A DNA stretch of 64,000 nt from Candidatus Marinacidobacterium sp. (GCA_965204755.1 OZ242011.1:416001-480000); one strand, 5' to 3'. Shown: positions 29,632 to 39,624, counted from the stretch's first letter. Made by a program: numbers and translations. Notes: a model not told the origin generated them from the letters alone.

Positions 29632-29685
29632 GAGCGATAGAAGCGCAATCTATCGCTCATGAAATGGCCGATTCGTGAGCGATAG
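29629..29685. promoter_or_regulatory. Palindromic operator-like site overlapping the fic start codon
   Basis: CATGAGCGATAG-N9-CTATCGCTCATG perfect 12-bp inverted repeat plus a third half-site TGAGCGATAG at 29676-29685. Confidence 0.6.
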
Positions 29686-29901
29686 GAAATTCCTGCGATC
29701 CGATGCCACCGGGGAGCACCGCGCTCCGGGCGAATCGGGGCTTCTTCCGTATCTGGTGTTCCCCGGCGCACCCGATCCTCACAACGCTGCTCTGGCGGCA
29801 GTCGAGGGAGCCGCCGGACCGGAGCGCGCCTCTCGATACTCCGCGGCCGAGACGCGGCGGCGCGGCGGACGATGCCCTCGCCCGAAACCGCCGGACCGGA
29901 G

Positions 29902-30774
29902 TCAGTTCCGGAGGCCGATCTCCAGGGTGGCGAGGAAGTAGATGGGGCGGAGGCTCGTGGCCACGCTCCCGCCGAGCGGGCCGCCGAGGACGGACGCGCC
30001 CACCGCGTAGTCCACCGAAGTCGTCAGCGCCCTCCCCGCGACGATCACATCCAGGCGCGGTCGGACCAGCATCGGGCCGACTTCCGCGGTCATGGCGAGC
30101 GAGCCGCCGTAGGCGACGGAGGTGCGGCGGGCGGCGAAGTCCGCGGTGAGGGCCGGCGAAGTGGCGAGCCGGGCCGGGAGGGGGAGCCCGCCCCAGTCGC
30201 GGGCCAGGAGGGCGTCCGTCTTGGCGTCGGTGACCCGCAGGAAGCCGCCGCCGACGCCGACGGAGAGCGACGCGCCGCGAACCAGCGGCACCCGGCGCAC
30301 GATCTGGCCGAAATACAGGTCGGTCCGGGCGCGGGGCGTCTCCGGCGAGGAGAAGTCCGCGAGCCGGGCGGCCGTTCCCGCGCCGGCCGGAGAGACCGAC
30401 AGGGACTGGATGAAGGTGTCGTAGGCGCCGGCGTCGGCCAGCAGGTAGGACGGGGTCAGGTCCCGGCTGCGGATGAACCGGTAGGCGGCCTCGACGCCCC
30501 AGTCCCCCCACATCGCCCGGCCCCCGGCGCCCCAGCCGAGGTCGAGGGCGTTGCGCGCGCCGCTGATCGTGGTGGAGAAAGTCTCGCCGCCGGCGGTCAG
30601 CCCGAAACCGTCTTCCGCCGAGGTGCGGAGCCCGTTCCAGGCCGGGCCGCCGAAGAGTTGCAATTCGATGCGGCGGCCACCCTGCGCGGCGGCGGGCGAG
30701 GCGCTCGCCGCGACGAGGGTGGCCGCGAAGAGGGCCGCTGCCGCGGCGGCGAGGCCGGAGGTCGGGGTCTTCAT
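29902..30774 (-). CDS. Uncharacterised outer-membrane beta-barrel-like protein (paralog 2)
   Basis: GGAGG RBS, signal peptide MKTPTSGLAAAA, motifs shared with 3-875. Confidence 0.75.
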   Translation of the reverse strand: MKTPTSGLAAAAAALFAATLVAASASPAAAQGGRRIELQLFGGPAWNGLRTSAEDGFGLTAGGETFSTTISGARNALDLGWGAGGRAMWGDWGVEAAYRFIRSRDLTPSYLLADAGAYDTFIQSLSVSPAGAGTAARLADFSSPETPRARTDLYFGQIVRRVPLVRGASLSVGVGGGFLRVTDAKTDALLARDWGGLPLPARLATSPALTADFAARRTSVAYGGSLAMTAEVGPMLVRPRLDVIVAGRALTTSVDYAVGASVLGGPLGGSVATSLRPIYFLATLEIGLRN

Positions 30775-30877
30775 GGGGTTGCCTCCCGGTCGGTATTGTC
30801 TCTTGGACGCGGGCCGGCCGAACGGCGCCGGGCGCAACCGACCGGCGGAGCGGGCGCCCGGCGCCGGGAGGAAGGCG

Positions 30878-31738
30878 TCAGTTCCGGCGCAGCCCGATCT
30901 CGAGCGACGCCAGCAGGAAGACCGGCCGGACGCTCGTCTCGAGCGCCCCGGTGACGGTCAGGCTGCTCCCCGGGGGAGCGAGCCGGGGGTAGTCGAACTC
31001 GAACGCGGTGGTGAGGGGCTCGGCAGTCAGGACGACATCCAGGCGAGGGCGGAGGAAGAGGGGGCCGGCCTGCACCGAGAGGGCCACCGAGCCGCCGTAG
31101 GCGAGCCCGTCCCGGTCGGCGCGGAAGGTCACCCGGTCGAAGGGAATCCCGTCCGCCACCGCCGGCAGGGCCACCTGCTCCCAGTCCTGGGCCAGCAGCC
31201 CCTTCGTGAACGAGTCGGTGACCCGCAGGTAGCCGGCGCCGGCGCCGACCGACAGCCGGGCCCCGCGGGCGAGCGCGATGCGATAGACGACCTGGCCGAA
31301 GTAGAGGTCCGCCCGGGAGCGCGGCAGTTCGGCCGGGCCGCCCGCCGGGCGGAACGCGGCGCCCTGAGCGGCGTAGGCGCCGATGTCGGCGAGCAGGTGC
31401 GACGGGGTGAGGTCGCGGCTGTCGATCCGGCGGTAGGCGGCTTCGATCCCCCACTGCCCCCATCCGAGGCGCAGGCCGCCGCCGTAGGCGAAGTCCGACG
31501 AGAGCCGCGAGCCGATGACCGTCGCGACGGGGCCGGCGGTCGTGTCGAGGCGGAGCGAGTCCTCGGCGGAGGCGCTGAGCGCGTTCCAGCCCGGCGTGCC
31601 GAAGATCTCGATGTAGAGACCGGTGTCGGGGCGCGGAGGCTGCGCGGCCGCGGCGGCGGGAACGGCGGCGAGCGCCAGGGCCGCCAGCGCGCCGGCGATC
31701 CGGCGCCGGCCCGGTCGAAACCCGACGGCTTTCTTCAT
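30878..31738 (-). CDS. Uncharacterised outer-membrane beta-barrel-like protein (paralog 3)
   Basis: Signal peptide, GWNALSASAED, WGIEAAYR, RPRLDV, LEIGLRRN. Confidence 0.75.
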   Translation of the reverse strand: MKKAVGFRPGRRRIAGALAALALAAVPAAAAAQPPRPDTGLYIEIFGTPGWNALSASAEDSLRLDTTAGPVATVIGSRLSSDFAYGGGLRLGWGQWGIEAAYRRIDSRDLTPSHLLADIGAYAAQGAAFRPAGGPAELPRSRADLYFGQVVYRIALARGARLSVGAGAGYLRVTDSFTKGLLAQDWEQVALPAVADGIPFDRVTFRADRDGLAYGGSVALSVQAGPLFLRPRLDVVLTAEPLTTAFEFDYPRLAPPGSSLTVTGALETSVRPVFLLASLEIGLRRN

Positions 31739-31983
31739 GGTGATCGGCCCTCCCGGCGCCTCTCGGAGGGCCGGAGACTAGCAACCGGCGAGTCTTCCCG
31801 CCGCCGGTCGGCCGAGGGCGGACGCCCCCGGGGCGCGCCGCGGGGGGCTCGGCGGGCGCCCGGACGGGGCCGGAATCGGCGGCGCGAGGGGCGGGTCTCG
31901 TCTCGGCCGGCGCCGACTACACTCCGAAACCCCTTCCCGTTCCGGGCCGGCCGGCCCGGCGACCCTTCGACCGGAGGCGCCTC

Positions 31984-33438
31984 ATGTCCCGATTCCCCGC
32001 TTTCTCCGCTTCCCTGCTGGCCGCCTTCGTCCTCCCGGCGGCGGGCGCGGCGCTGCCCGCCGCGGCGGAAGACGACGCCGCCCACGCCGTCATCGGCGAG
32101 TTCCTCGGCGCGCAACGCTCGGACTTCGAGGAAGTGGCGCTCAGCATCTGGGAGTGGGCCGAGGTCGGCTACCAGGAGGAGAAGAGTTCCGGCCTCCTGC
32201 AGGAGCAACTGCGGGCCGCCGGGTTCGAGGTCGAGGCCGGGGTCGCCGGGATGCCGACCGCGTTCGTCGCCGAGTGGGGTTCCGGCGGGCCGGTGATCGG
32301 GATCCTCGCCGAATACGACGCCCTGCCGGGGATCAGCCAGACAGCGGCCCCCCGGCCGGAAGAGCGCGAAGGGGTCGGCGCGGGCCATGCCTGCGGCCAC
32401 CACCTCTTCGGAACGGCCTCGGTGGCCGCCGGGCTGGCCGTGAAGGACTGGCTGGCGCGCAGCGGGGCCGAGGGGCGCGTCCGCGTGTACGGCACGCCGG
32501 CGGAGGAAGGCGGCGCCGGCAAGGTGTACCTGGTGCGGGCGGGGCTGTTCGCCGATGTGGACGCCGTCCTCGCCTGGCACCCGGGGGACCGGAACGACGC
32601 GAGCCCGGGGGACTCGCTCGCCAACCTCTCCGCCAAGTTCCGGTTCCGGGGCGTCTCCGCGCACGCCGCCGGGGCGCCCGACCAGGGGCGGTCGGCGCTC
32701 GACGGCGTGGAGGGCATGAACTTCCTGGTGAACCTGATGCGGGAGCATGTCCACGAACGCAGCCGCATCCACTATGTGATCACCCGGGGCGGCGAAGCGC
32801 CGAATGTGGTGCCGAACTTCGCCGAGGTCTATTACTACGCCCGCCATCCGTCGGTCGAGACCGCCCGGTCGAACTGGGAGCGCATCCTGGAGGCGGCGGA
32901 GGGCGCGGCGCTGGGCACCGGCACCGAAGTCAGCCACGAGATGATCCACGGGATCTACAACCTGCTGCCGAACGAGACGATCGGGCGGCTGCTCCACGCG
33001 AACCTGACCGCGATCGGGGGCTTCGCCTACACCGAGGAGGAGCGCGCGTTCGCCGAGGAGATCCAGACCAGTCTGGCCCGCCCCCGGCCGATCGGCTCCC
33101 AGGAGGGCGTGTCGGAGTGGAAGCGCACGCCCGCCGGAGGCTCGACCGATGTGGCGGATGTGAGTTGGGTGGCGCCGACCGCGCAGTTCCGCACCGCCAC
33201 CTGGGTGCCCGGCACGCCCGCCCACAGTTGGCAGGCGGTGGCCGCCGGGGGCAGCAGCATCGGGCTCAAGGGGATGCACCTGGCGGCGGAGGTGCTCGCC
33301 CGGACGGCCGCGGACCTGATGCGCGACCCGGAGACGCTGGCCGCGGCGCAGGCGGAACTCGAGGAGGCGCGGGGGCCGGACTTCGTTTACGAGCCGCTGC
33401 TCGGGGACCGTCCGCCGCCGCTGGACTACCGGCGGTAG
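31984..33438 (+). CDS. M20 amidohydrolase (AbgB-like), secreted
   Basis: AEYDALPG, GHACGHH, PAEEGG, WHP, GGSTDVADVSW. Confidence 0.9.
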   Translation: MSRFPAFSASLLAAFVLPAAGAALPAAAEDDAAHAVIGEFLGAQRSDFEEVALSIWEWAEVGYQEEKSSGLLQEQLRAAGFEVEAGVAGMPTAFVAEWGSGGPVIGILAEYDALPGISQTAAPRPEEREGVGAGHACGHHLFGTASVAAGLAVKDWLARSGAEGRVRVYGTPAEEGGAGKVYLVRAGLFADVDAVLAWHPGDRNDASPGDSLANLSAKFRFRGVSAHAAGAPDQGRSALDGVEGMNFLVNLMREHVHERSRIHYVITRGGEAPNVVPNFAEVYYYARHPSVETARSNWERILEAAEGAALGTGTEVSHEMIHGIYNLLPNETIGRLLHANLTAIGGFAYTEEERAFAEEIQTSLARPRPIGSQEGVSEWKRTPAGGSTDVADVSWVAPTAQFRTATWVPGTPAHSWQAVAAGGSSIGLKGMHLAAEVLARTAADLMRDPETLAAAQAELEEARGPDFVYEPLLGDRPPPLDYRR

Positions 33439-33564
33439 TGCGGCCCCGCCCTTTCCCGGCGCGGGGGGAGGCGCCCGACGGCGGAACCGGCCCTCCCGGC
33501 GTCCCCCCGCGCGGGGCGGATACACTCGCCCCCCACCCTCTCTCCCCGCCCGGAGGAACGCTCC

Positions 33565-34947
33565 ATGTCCTCGACGCCGCTCTCCCGCCGTCCGTTCCGT
33601 CTCGCCGCACTGCTCGCGCTGTTCGGCGCCGTCGGTCTCGCCGCCGGCGCCTCCGCCCAGGGCGGCCTTCGCCTGGCCCTCACCGGCGACTCGATCATCA
33701 CCCGCAAGTTGAGCGTGTACCAGGAGCCGCAGTTCCTGGAACTCATCGATCTCCTGCGGGACGCCGACCTCGCCTTCACCAATGTGGAGGTGCTGTTCCA
33801 CGACTACGAGTCGTACCCGATGAGTTCGAGCGGCGGCACCTACATGCGCGCCCAGCCGGAGTTGGTCTCCGAACTCGCGTGGGCCGGGATAGACCTCGGG
33901 TCGCTGGCGAACAACCACTCCGGCGACTTCGGGCCGCCGGCGATGCTGATGACGCAGAAATATGTGCGCGAAGCGGGCATCGTCGCCGCCGGCGTGGGCG
34001 GGAGTCTGGCGGAAGCGCGCGCCGCGAAGTTCGTCGAGACCCGCCACGGCCGGGTGGCGCTGATTTCGGTCTCCTCGACCTTCCCGTTCCACTCCATGGC
34101 CGGGAAGTCGCGCGACGACATCCCGCCGCGGCCCGGGCTGAACCCGCTCCGCCACACCACGACCTACCTGGTGACCCGCGAACAACTCGAGGGCGTCCGC
34201 GAAACGATGCGCGGCCTGGGTATGGCCCCGCCGGAGAGCGGCGACTCGCTCTCGTTCCTGCGCCAGCGGTTCGAAGTCGCCGACGCTCCCGGCATCCGGA
34301 CGGAACCGCACGCCGGGGACTTGGCGGAGATCGCCTCCGTCGTGAACAACGCCAGCCGGCTCGCCGATGTGGTGATGGTGACCATCCACGCCCACGAGGG
34401 CGCGGGGAGCCGGTTCGTACCCGCGCAGTTCCTCGAGACTTTCGCCCGGGCGATGGTGGACGCCGGGGCCTCGGTGTTCGTCGGGCACGGACCGCATGTG
34501 CTCCGCGCCATCGAGATCTACAAGGGCGCGCCGATCCTCTACAGCCTCGGGGACTTCGTGTTCCAGAACGAGACGCTGGAGCGGCTGCCCTACGAGAACT
34601 ACCAGCGCTACGGACTGAGTGAAATGGACGGGCTGGCCGACTTCAACGCCGCCCGCTACCAGAACGACACCGTCGGGTTCCCGGCGATTCCGGAGATCTG
34701 GGAGGCGGTGGTCGCCATCCCCGAGTTCCGGGGCAGCCGCCTCGCCAGCCTGACGCTCCACCCGATCACGCTCGGACACGGGAAACCGGTTTCCGTGCGC
34801 GGCCGGCCGATGATGGCCGAAGGCCCGCTCGCCGACAAGATCCTCGACGACCTGGTCCGGTTGTCGGAGCCGTACGGGACGCGGTTCGAACGCCGGGACG
34901 GGATCGCCGCCGTCGTACTCCCGCAGCAGACGACGGACGAGCAGTAG
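33565..34947 (+). CDS. CapA/PgsA-family metallophosphoesterase
   Basis: TGDSI, NVE, LANNH, IHAHE, GHGPH, YSLGDF. Confidence 0.88.
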   Translation: MSSTPLSRRPFRLAALLALFGAVGLAAGASAQGGLRLALTGDSIITRKLSVYQEPQFLELIDLLRDADLAFTNVEVLFHDYESYPMSSSGGTYMRAQPELVSELAWAGIDLGSLANNHSGDFGPPAMLMTQKYVREAGIVAAGVGGSLAEARAAKFVETRHGRVALISVSSTFPFHSMAGKSRDDIPPRPGLNPLRHTTTYLVTREQLEGVRETMRGLGMAPPESGDSLSFLRQRFEVADAPGIRTEPHAGDLAEIASVVNNASRLADVVMVTIHAHEGAGSRFVPAQFLETFARAMVDAGASVFVGHGPHVLRAIEIYKGAPILYSLGDFVFQNETLERLPYENYQRYGLSEMDGLADFNAARYQNDTVGFPAIPEIWEAVVAIPEFRGSRLASLTLHPITLGHGKPVSVRGRPMMAEGPLADKILDDLVRLSEPYGTRFERRDGIAAVVLPQQTTDEQ

Positions 34948-34952
34948 CGCCG

Positions 34953-36140
34953 GTGCGTCGCGCGTCCGGCCGGCGGGCCGCCGCGCGGGGCGGGGCGGCG
35001 GCGCTCGCCGGCGCGGTGGTCGGGGCGGCGTTCGCCGCGCCCGGAGCGGTGTCCGGGCAGGAGTCCCGCCCGACTTCCGGCGCTCCGACCGCGGCGGCCG
35101 AACGCCCGTTGCGCGTGGACATCCACGCCCACCCGTCGCGGTTCCACCGCGCCGACGCGCCGCGGATCAGCGACGAGGAGATCGCCCGTTACCTCGACCG
35201 CGGGATGGACGCGGTCGTCGCCACGATCAGCACGGATACCCCGTATCGAGGCGGGTATGTGTTGCGCGACGGGACGCGGATCGAGAGCGGGAACCGCCGC
35301 CCCGATCCCGGCGAACCGTGGGCCTACACGCTCGACCGGTTCGAGCGGCTGTCGCGCACGGTCGCCGAAGCGAACGCGGTGTTCGCGCGGACGCCGGCGG
35401 AGGCGCGCGCGGCGCGGGCGGCGGGTTCGCTCGCGCTCCTGCCCGCGGTGGAAGGGGCCGATTCCCTGGAGGGGGACCTCGACCGGCTGCGCGAACTGCA
35501 CCGGATGGGGCTCGCGCTGCTGCAACTCGTCCACTTCCGGCCGAACGGTCTGGGGCATATCCAGACCTGGCCGTACACGCCCGGCGGCCTCACCGACTTC
35601 GGCCGGGAAGTGGTCCGGGAGTGCAACCGCTTGGGAATCGTCCTGGATCTCGCCCATGCCAACCCGGAGACGATCCGGGACACCCTGGAGATATCCGAAC
35701 ACCCGGTGGTGTTCAGCCATACCGGGTCGTTCGCCCTGGCGGAGCACGACCGGCATCTCCGCGACGCCGAAATCGCGGCGATCGCGGAAGGCGGCGGCGT
35801 CATCGGGATCTGGCCGAACGCCGGCCTCGTTCCGACGGTGGCCGATCTCGCCCGGCATGTGCGGCGGGTGGCGGAGGTCGCCGGCGTCCGCAGCGCCGGT
35901 TTCGGCAGTGACCTGCGCGGGATGTCCGCTTACAGCGAAGGCTTCGGCGACGAAGCGAACTTCGAGGCCGTCGCGGAAGCGCTCGGCGACGCCGGCTTCG
36001 ACGAAAGTGAGGTGGACGCGGTGCTCGGCGGCAATTTCGAGCGCGTGTGGACCGCCGTTACCGCTCATCTTCCCGGGGGCGCGGATCCGCCCCCGGACAG
36101 CGCCGCTCCGTACGGCGGCGAAGGAGGGAATCGTCCATGA
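34953..36140 (+). CDS. Membrane dipeptidase (M19)
   Basis: DIHAH, AVEGAD, GLTDFGREVV..CNRLGIVLDLAH, FSHTG, FGSD, LGGNF. Confidence 0.88.
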   Translation: MRRASGRRAAARGGAAALAGAVVGAAFAAPGAVSGQESRPTSGAPTAAAERPLRVDIHAHPSRFHRADAPRISDEEIARYLDRGMDAVVATISTDTPYRGGYVLRDGTRIESGNRRPDPGEPWAYTLDRFERLSRTVAEANAVFARTPAEARAARAAGSLALLPAVEGADSLEGDLDRLRELHRMGLALLQLVHFRPNGLGHIQTWPYTPGGLTDFGREVVRECNRLGIVLDLAHANPETIRDTLEISEHPVVFSHTGSFALAEHDRHLRDAEIAAIAEGGGVIGIWPNAGLVPTVADLARHVRRVAEVAGVRSAGFGSDLRGMSAYSEGFGDEANFEAVAEALGDAGFDESEVDAVLGGNFERVWTAVTAHLPGGADPPPDSAAPYGGEGGNRP

Positions 36141-37351
36141 CCCGTAGGGATTCCGTGACCCCGCCCCCACCGGGCCGCGCGCCCGCGGCGCCGCGCCCGC
36201 TCCGGCAATCGTCCTCCCCGGGGACAGCGCGCGTTTCGACCCGCCGACGCTTCGCGCGGCTGTCCGTTTGCGGCGGGTTCGCCGGCCTGCTCGGCGCCGC
36301 GTGCTCCTCGCCGGACCCCGCGGCGCTGCGGGACGAGCGGTTCCGCGAGATCGTCGCCGCCGCCCGCGACGCGGCCGGCAGTCCGGGTCTCTCCGCGGCG
36401 GTCGCCGTCGGGGGCGAGATCGTCTGGAGCGGCGCCTCCGGCCTCGCCGATGTGGAGAACGCGGTCCCGGCGACGGCGGACAGCGTGTACCGGATCGCCT
36501 CGATCTCGAAACCCATCGCCGCCACCGCGGTCATGCATCTCGCCGAACAGGGCGTCCTCGACATCGAAGCGTCCGTCCGGGAGTACTTCCCGGCCTTTCC
36601 CGAAAAGGGACACCCGGTGACGGTGCGCCAACTCATGAACCACACCTCCGGCATCCGCCACTACGAACCGGGCGAGTTCGACATGAAGGAGCACTTCGAC
36701 ACCGTCGAAGCCGGGACGGTGATCTTCCGCGACGATCCCCTGCTGTTCGAACCCGGCGCGCAATACAGTTATTCCACCTACGCCTACAACCTGTTGGCCG
36801 GGGTGGTGGAATCGGTCTCCGGACAGTCCTTCGACGACTACCTGCAGCAGAACATCTGGGGCCCGGCCGGCATGGAGACGACCTACCTCGAACACCAGGG
36901 CGACATCGTGCCGCACCGCGTCCGCCAGTATGTGAAGTCCGAGGAGCCGCCCCTGGTGCGGAACGCCCCCTTCGCCGACCTCTCCATCAAGTGGGCCGGC
37001 GGCGGCATGATCGCCACCGCCCCCGACCTCGTCCGCTTCGCGCTCGCGCTGGACGCGGAAACCATCCTCTCCACCGCGACCCAGGGCCGGATGACCACCC
37101 CGACCGAGTTGGCCGACGGCTCGCTGAGCCCGTACGGCCTCGGCTGGCGGGTGGAAGAAGATGAAGTGGGCCTCTGGGTCGCCCACTCCGGAGGCGCCAC
37201 CGGCGGCACCACCCACCTCCTCCGCCTCCCCGAACGCGGCCTCGCCGTCGCGCTCACCGCCAATGTCCAGAGCGGCGAAGGCCTCCCCGACGCCGCCCGC
37301 CGCCTCGCCGACGCCGCCCTCGCCACCGCCGCCGAACTCACCACCCGGTAA
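36137..37351 (+). CDS. Serine hydrolase, beta-lactamase class C/AmpC-like (lipoprotein, possibly Tat-exported)
   Basis: AAGGAGG RBS; TRRRF and LGAAC; IASISK (SxxK), HTSGI, YSYST, HSGG. Confidence 0.88.
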   Translation: MTRRDSVTPPPPGRAPAAPRPLRQSSSPGTARVSTRRRFARLSVCGGFAGLLGAACSSPDPAALRDERFREIVAAARDAAGSPGLSAAVAVGGEIVWSGASGLADVENAVPATADSVYRIASISKPIAATAVMHLAEQGVLDIEASVREYFPAFPEKGHPVTVRQLMNHTSGIRHYEPGEFDMKEHFDTVEAGTVIFRDDPLLFEPGAQYSYSTYAYNLLAGVVESVSGQSFDDYLQQNIWGPAGMETTYLEHQGDIVPHRVRQYVKSEEPPLVRNAPFADLSIKWAGGGMIATAPDLVRFALALDAETILSTATQGRMTTPTELADGSLSPYGLGWRVEEDEVGLWVAHSGGATGGTTHLLRLPERGLAVALTANVQSGEGLPDAARRLADAALATAAELTTR

Positions 37352-37378
37352 CCGCCGCCCCCCGCCCTCCCCCGCCCC

Positions 37379-38644
37379 ATGCTCGAACGCCTCACCGTCC
37401 GCGGCTTCAAGTCGCTGCGGGATGTGACTTTCGAGCCCGGCGAACACCTGACCGTCCTCTTCGGCGCGAACGCCGCCGGAAAAACGAACTTGGTCGAGTC
37501 CATCGCCGCCCTCGCGGCCCTCGCGACCGGAGCCGACCTCCACGACGCCCTCGACCGCCCGTTCCCCGTCCGCGGCAATCCCGCCGAGGTGTTCGCCTTC
37601 CCGCCGCCCGGACTCTCGGCGCTGTTGGAGACGGAAGGCCCGGATCCGGTCCTGTCGATCGAGGCCGACTTGGCAACCGAACGCGGCTCGTACCGGTACC
37701 GCATCGCGCCCGGTCTCACGCGTCCGTCCGGCCACCTCTTCGTCGCCGACGAATACCTGGTCCGGACGGGGACGGAAAACGAGTCCGGGCCACTGATCGA
37801 GCACGCGGACGAACGACTCCGCATTCGCGGCGACGGTCGGCAGGTGGAGGCGCAGTACGAGCCACTCCGCCAAAACCACTCGATGCTGTCCTCCGATCGC
37901 TTCCGCGGTCCCGGATACGAGCGACTCGACGCCGTTCGTCGCGAATTCCGGAATTGGCGCTCCTGCGCCCTGGAGCCGCGGTTCCAGATGCGGAGCCTCC
38001 AATTCCCCGCCGATGTGAAGGACATCGGCCCGCACGGTCAACACCTGGCTTCCTTTCTCCACAAATTACAGACTGCGGCGCCCGAGCACTTCGAGTCGTT
38101 GATTCTCAAGATGCGGGTTCTCGTGCCCGCCGTCGAGGGCCTGCGCATCCATAGGGAACCGATTCGAGGCGCCCTCGACATCATGGTCAGCGAAGGCGGC
38201 GTCGAATACCCGACCGCGCTCGTGTCGGAGGGAACGCTGCGGGCGCTCGCCCTGTGCGCCATCGCCGTGAATCCTTGGCGGGAGGGCGGCCTCCTCACCA
38301 TGGAGGAGCCGGAAAACGGCGTCCATCGGCGCCACCTCGACCTCTTGGCCCGGCTGCTGCTCTCCCTGGGTCAGGACGGCCGGCGCCAGGTCATCGTCAC
38401 CACGCACTCTCCACGATTCGTCGAGACCGTGCTGAAGATGAAGCGCGACAGCGAACAGCCGGACGGAATACGCCTGTTCCAAGTTCGGCGCGCGAACCCC
38501 GGGAACGGCAGCGGCGCCAGCGTCGAGCCCTTCGAGATCCCTCCCGCGCTCCTCGATGATCCCGAACTCACCCGCGCCCTCGCCGACCGCGGCGACGACG
38601 GGCTGTTCGAGGGCCTGCTCCTGCGCGGGTACCTGGATGGCTGA
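37379..38644 (+). CDS. ABC-type (AAA_21-like) ATPase, copy 1
   Basis: GFKSL, Walker A GANAAGKT, SEGTLR signature, Walker B/D-loop MEEPENGVH, TTHSP. Confidence 0.88.
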   Translation: MLERLTVRGFKSLRDVTFEPGEHLTVLFGANAAGKTNLVESIAALAALATGADLHDALDRPFPVRGNPAEVFAFPPPGLSALLETEGPDPVLSIEADLATERGSYRYRIAPGLTRPSGHLFVADEYLVRTGTENESGPLIEHADERLRIRGDGRQVEAQYEPLRQNHSMLSSDRFRGPGYERLDAVRREFRNWRSCALEPRFQMRSLQFPADVKDIGPHGQHLASFLHKLQTAAPEHFESLILKMRVLVPAVEGLRIHREPIRGALDIMVSEGGVEYPTALVSEGTLRALALCAIAVNPWREGGLLTMEEPENGVHRRHLDLLARLLLSLGQDGRRQVIVTTHSPRFVETVLKMKRDSEQPDGIRLFQVRRANPGNGSGASVEPFEIPPALLDDPELTRALADRGDDGLFEGLLLRGYLDG

Positions 38645-39286
38645 GGAAGTCTTCGCCGTCCTGCTCGCCGAAGACCGCGCCCATGAACTGTTCCTGAAGC
38701 CCCTGCTTCGCCGACTCGCCGAAGAAAGCGGCGCAACGATGGAGATCCGCGTTATCTCCGCGCGGGGCGGTCACGGCGTCGCGCTTGGTGAGTACCGGAC
38801 CTACCAACGCGCCCGATCCATCCTGTTCGCCGGTGATCCGGTCCCCGACCTCGTCGTCGTAGCACTCGACGGCAACTGCTCGTCCTTCGCCGAGACGCGA
38901 GCGAGCATCGAAGATGCCACCGACGACACGCTGCGGACCCGCCTGGTCACCGCCTGCCCCGATCCCCACATCGAACGCTGGTACCTCGCTGATCCCGCGG
39001 CCCTGAAACGGCTCGTCGGAAAGGCGCCGACCCTCGGGGCGACGAAATGCGAACGCCACTACTACAAGCGACTACTACAAGCGACTACTACAAGCGACTC
39101 CTCGCCGAGACGCTGCGCGGAGGACGCTATCCCGCCGTGCGGTACGACGACACCGAGTTCGCTCCCCGGATCGTCGAAGAAATGGACCTGCACCGCGCCG
39201 GCAGGAACGACCACTCGCTGAGAGCCTTCCTTCGCCAAACCGCGGACCGGCTCCGGCAGATCGTCGGCGTACGCTCCCGGGACTGA
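38637..39286 (+). pseudogene. DUF4276/TOPRIM-like putative nuclease, copy 1, frameshifted by a tandem repeat
   Basis: MAEEVFAVLLAEDRAH..LDGNC..PHIERW. The C-terminus (YYKRLLAE...RAGRNDHSL) is in another frame after the 13-bp repeat. Confidence 0.75.
39058..39099 (+). repeat. 13-bp tandem repeat ACTACTACAAGCG x3 (+ACT)
   Basis: Read directly at 39058, 39071 and 39084. Confidence 0.95.
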
Positions 39287-39314
39287 GGGTCGCCGCATCC
39301 CGCGTATCCGGATC

Positions 39315-39610
39315 GCCGCGCCGGAGGGTATGGAGACCACCTCCCCTCGAACATCGAGGAGACATCGCGACGAAACGCGCCCGACAGCATGGGAACTCCC
39401 CGGCATCCGCCGCCGGTGCGGAACATGACCTTGCCCACCTCTCCGTCGCGGGTGTCGGGGACGGTATGATCGTCGCCGTGCTCGATCTCATGCGCTTCGC
39501 GGTGGCGCCGGGCGCCGAAACGATCCCCGCCGCCGCCGCCGCTGCCCGCTGCCTTGCCGGAGACACCCTCGCCTCGGCCGCCGAAGGCTCCGCCCGGTAG
39601 CCGCGCCGCC
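39315..39610 (+). pseudogene. Decayed duplicate of the 3' part of the serine hydrolase gene
   Basis: Blocks such as ATGGAGAC(C/G)ACCT..CTCGAACA, ATGATCG..GCTTCGCG..GAAAC and GCCGCCGAA..CCCGGTA match 36860-37360 in order. Confidence 0.7.
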
Positions 39611-39624
39611 AACCTCCTCGCGCC

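Noticed and set aside
33565-34947. Poly-gamma-glutamate capsule locus
   Set aside because: Only a CapA-family gene; capB/capC are absent.
36137-37351. Bona fide beta-lactam resistance gene
   Set aside because: Generic SxxK serine hydrolase in a peptidase cluster; motifs do not establish beta-lactamase activity.
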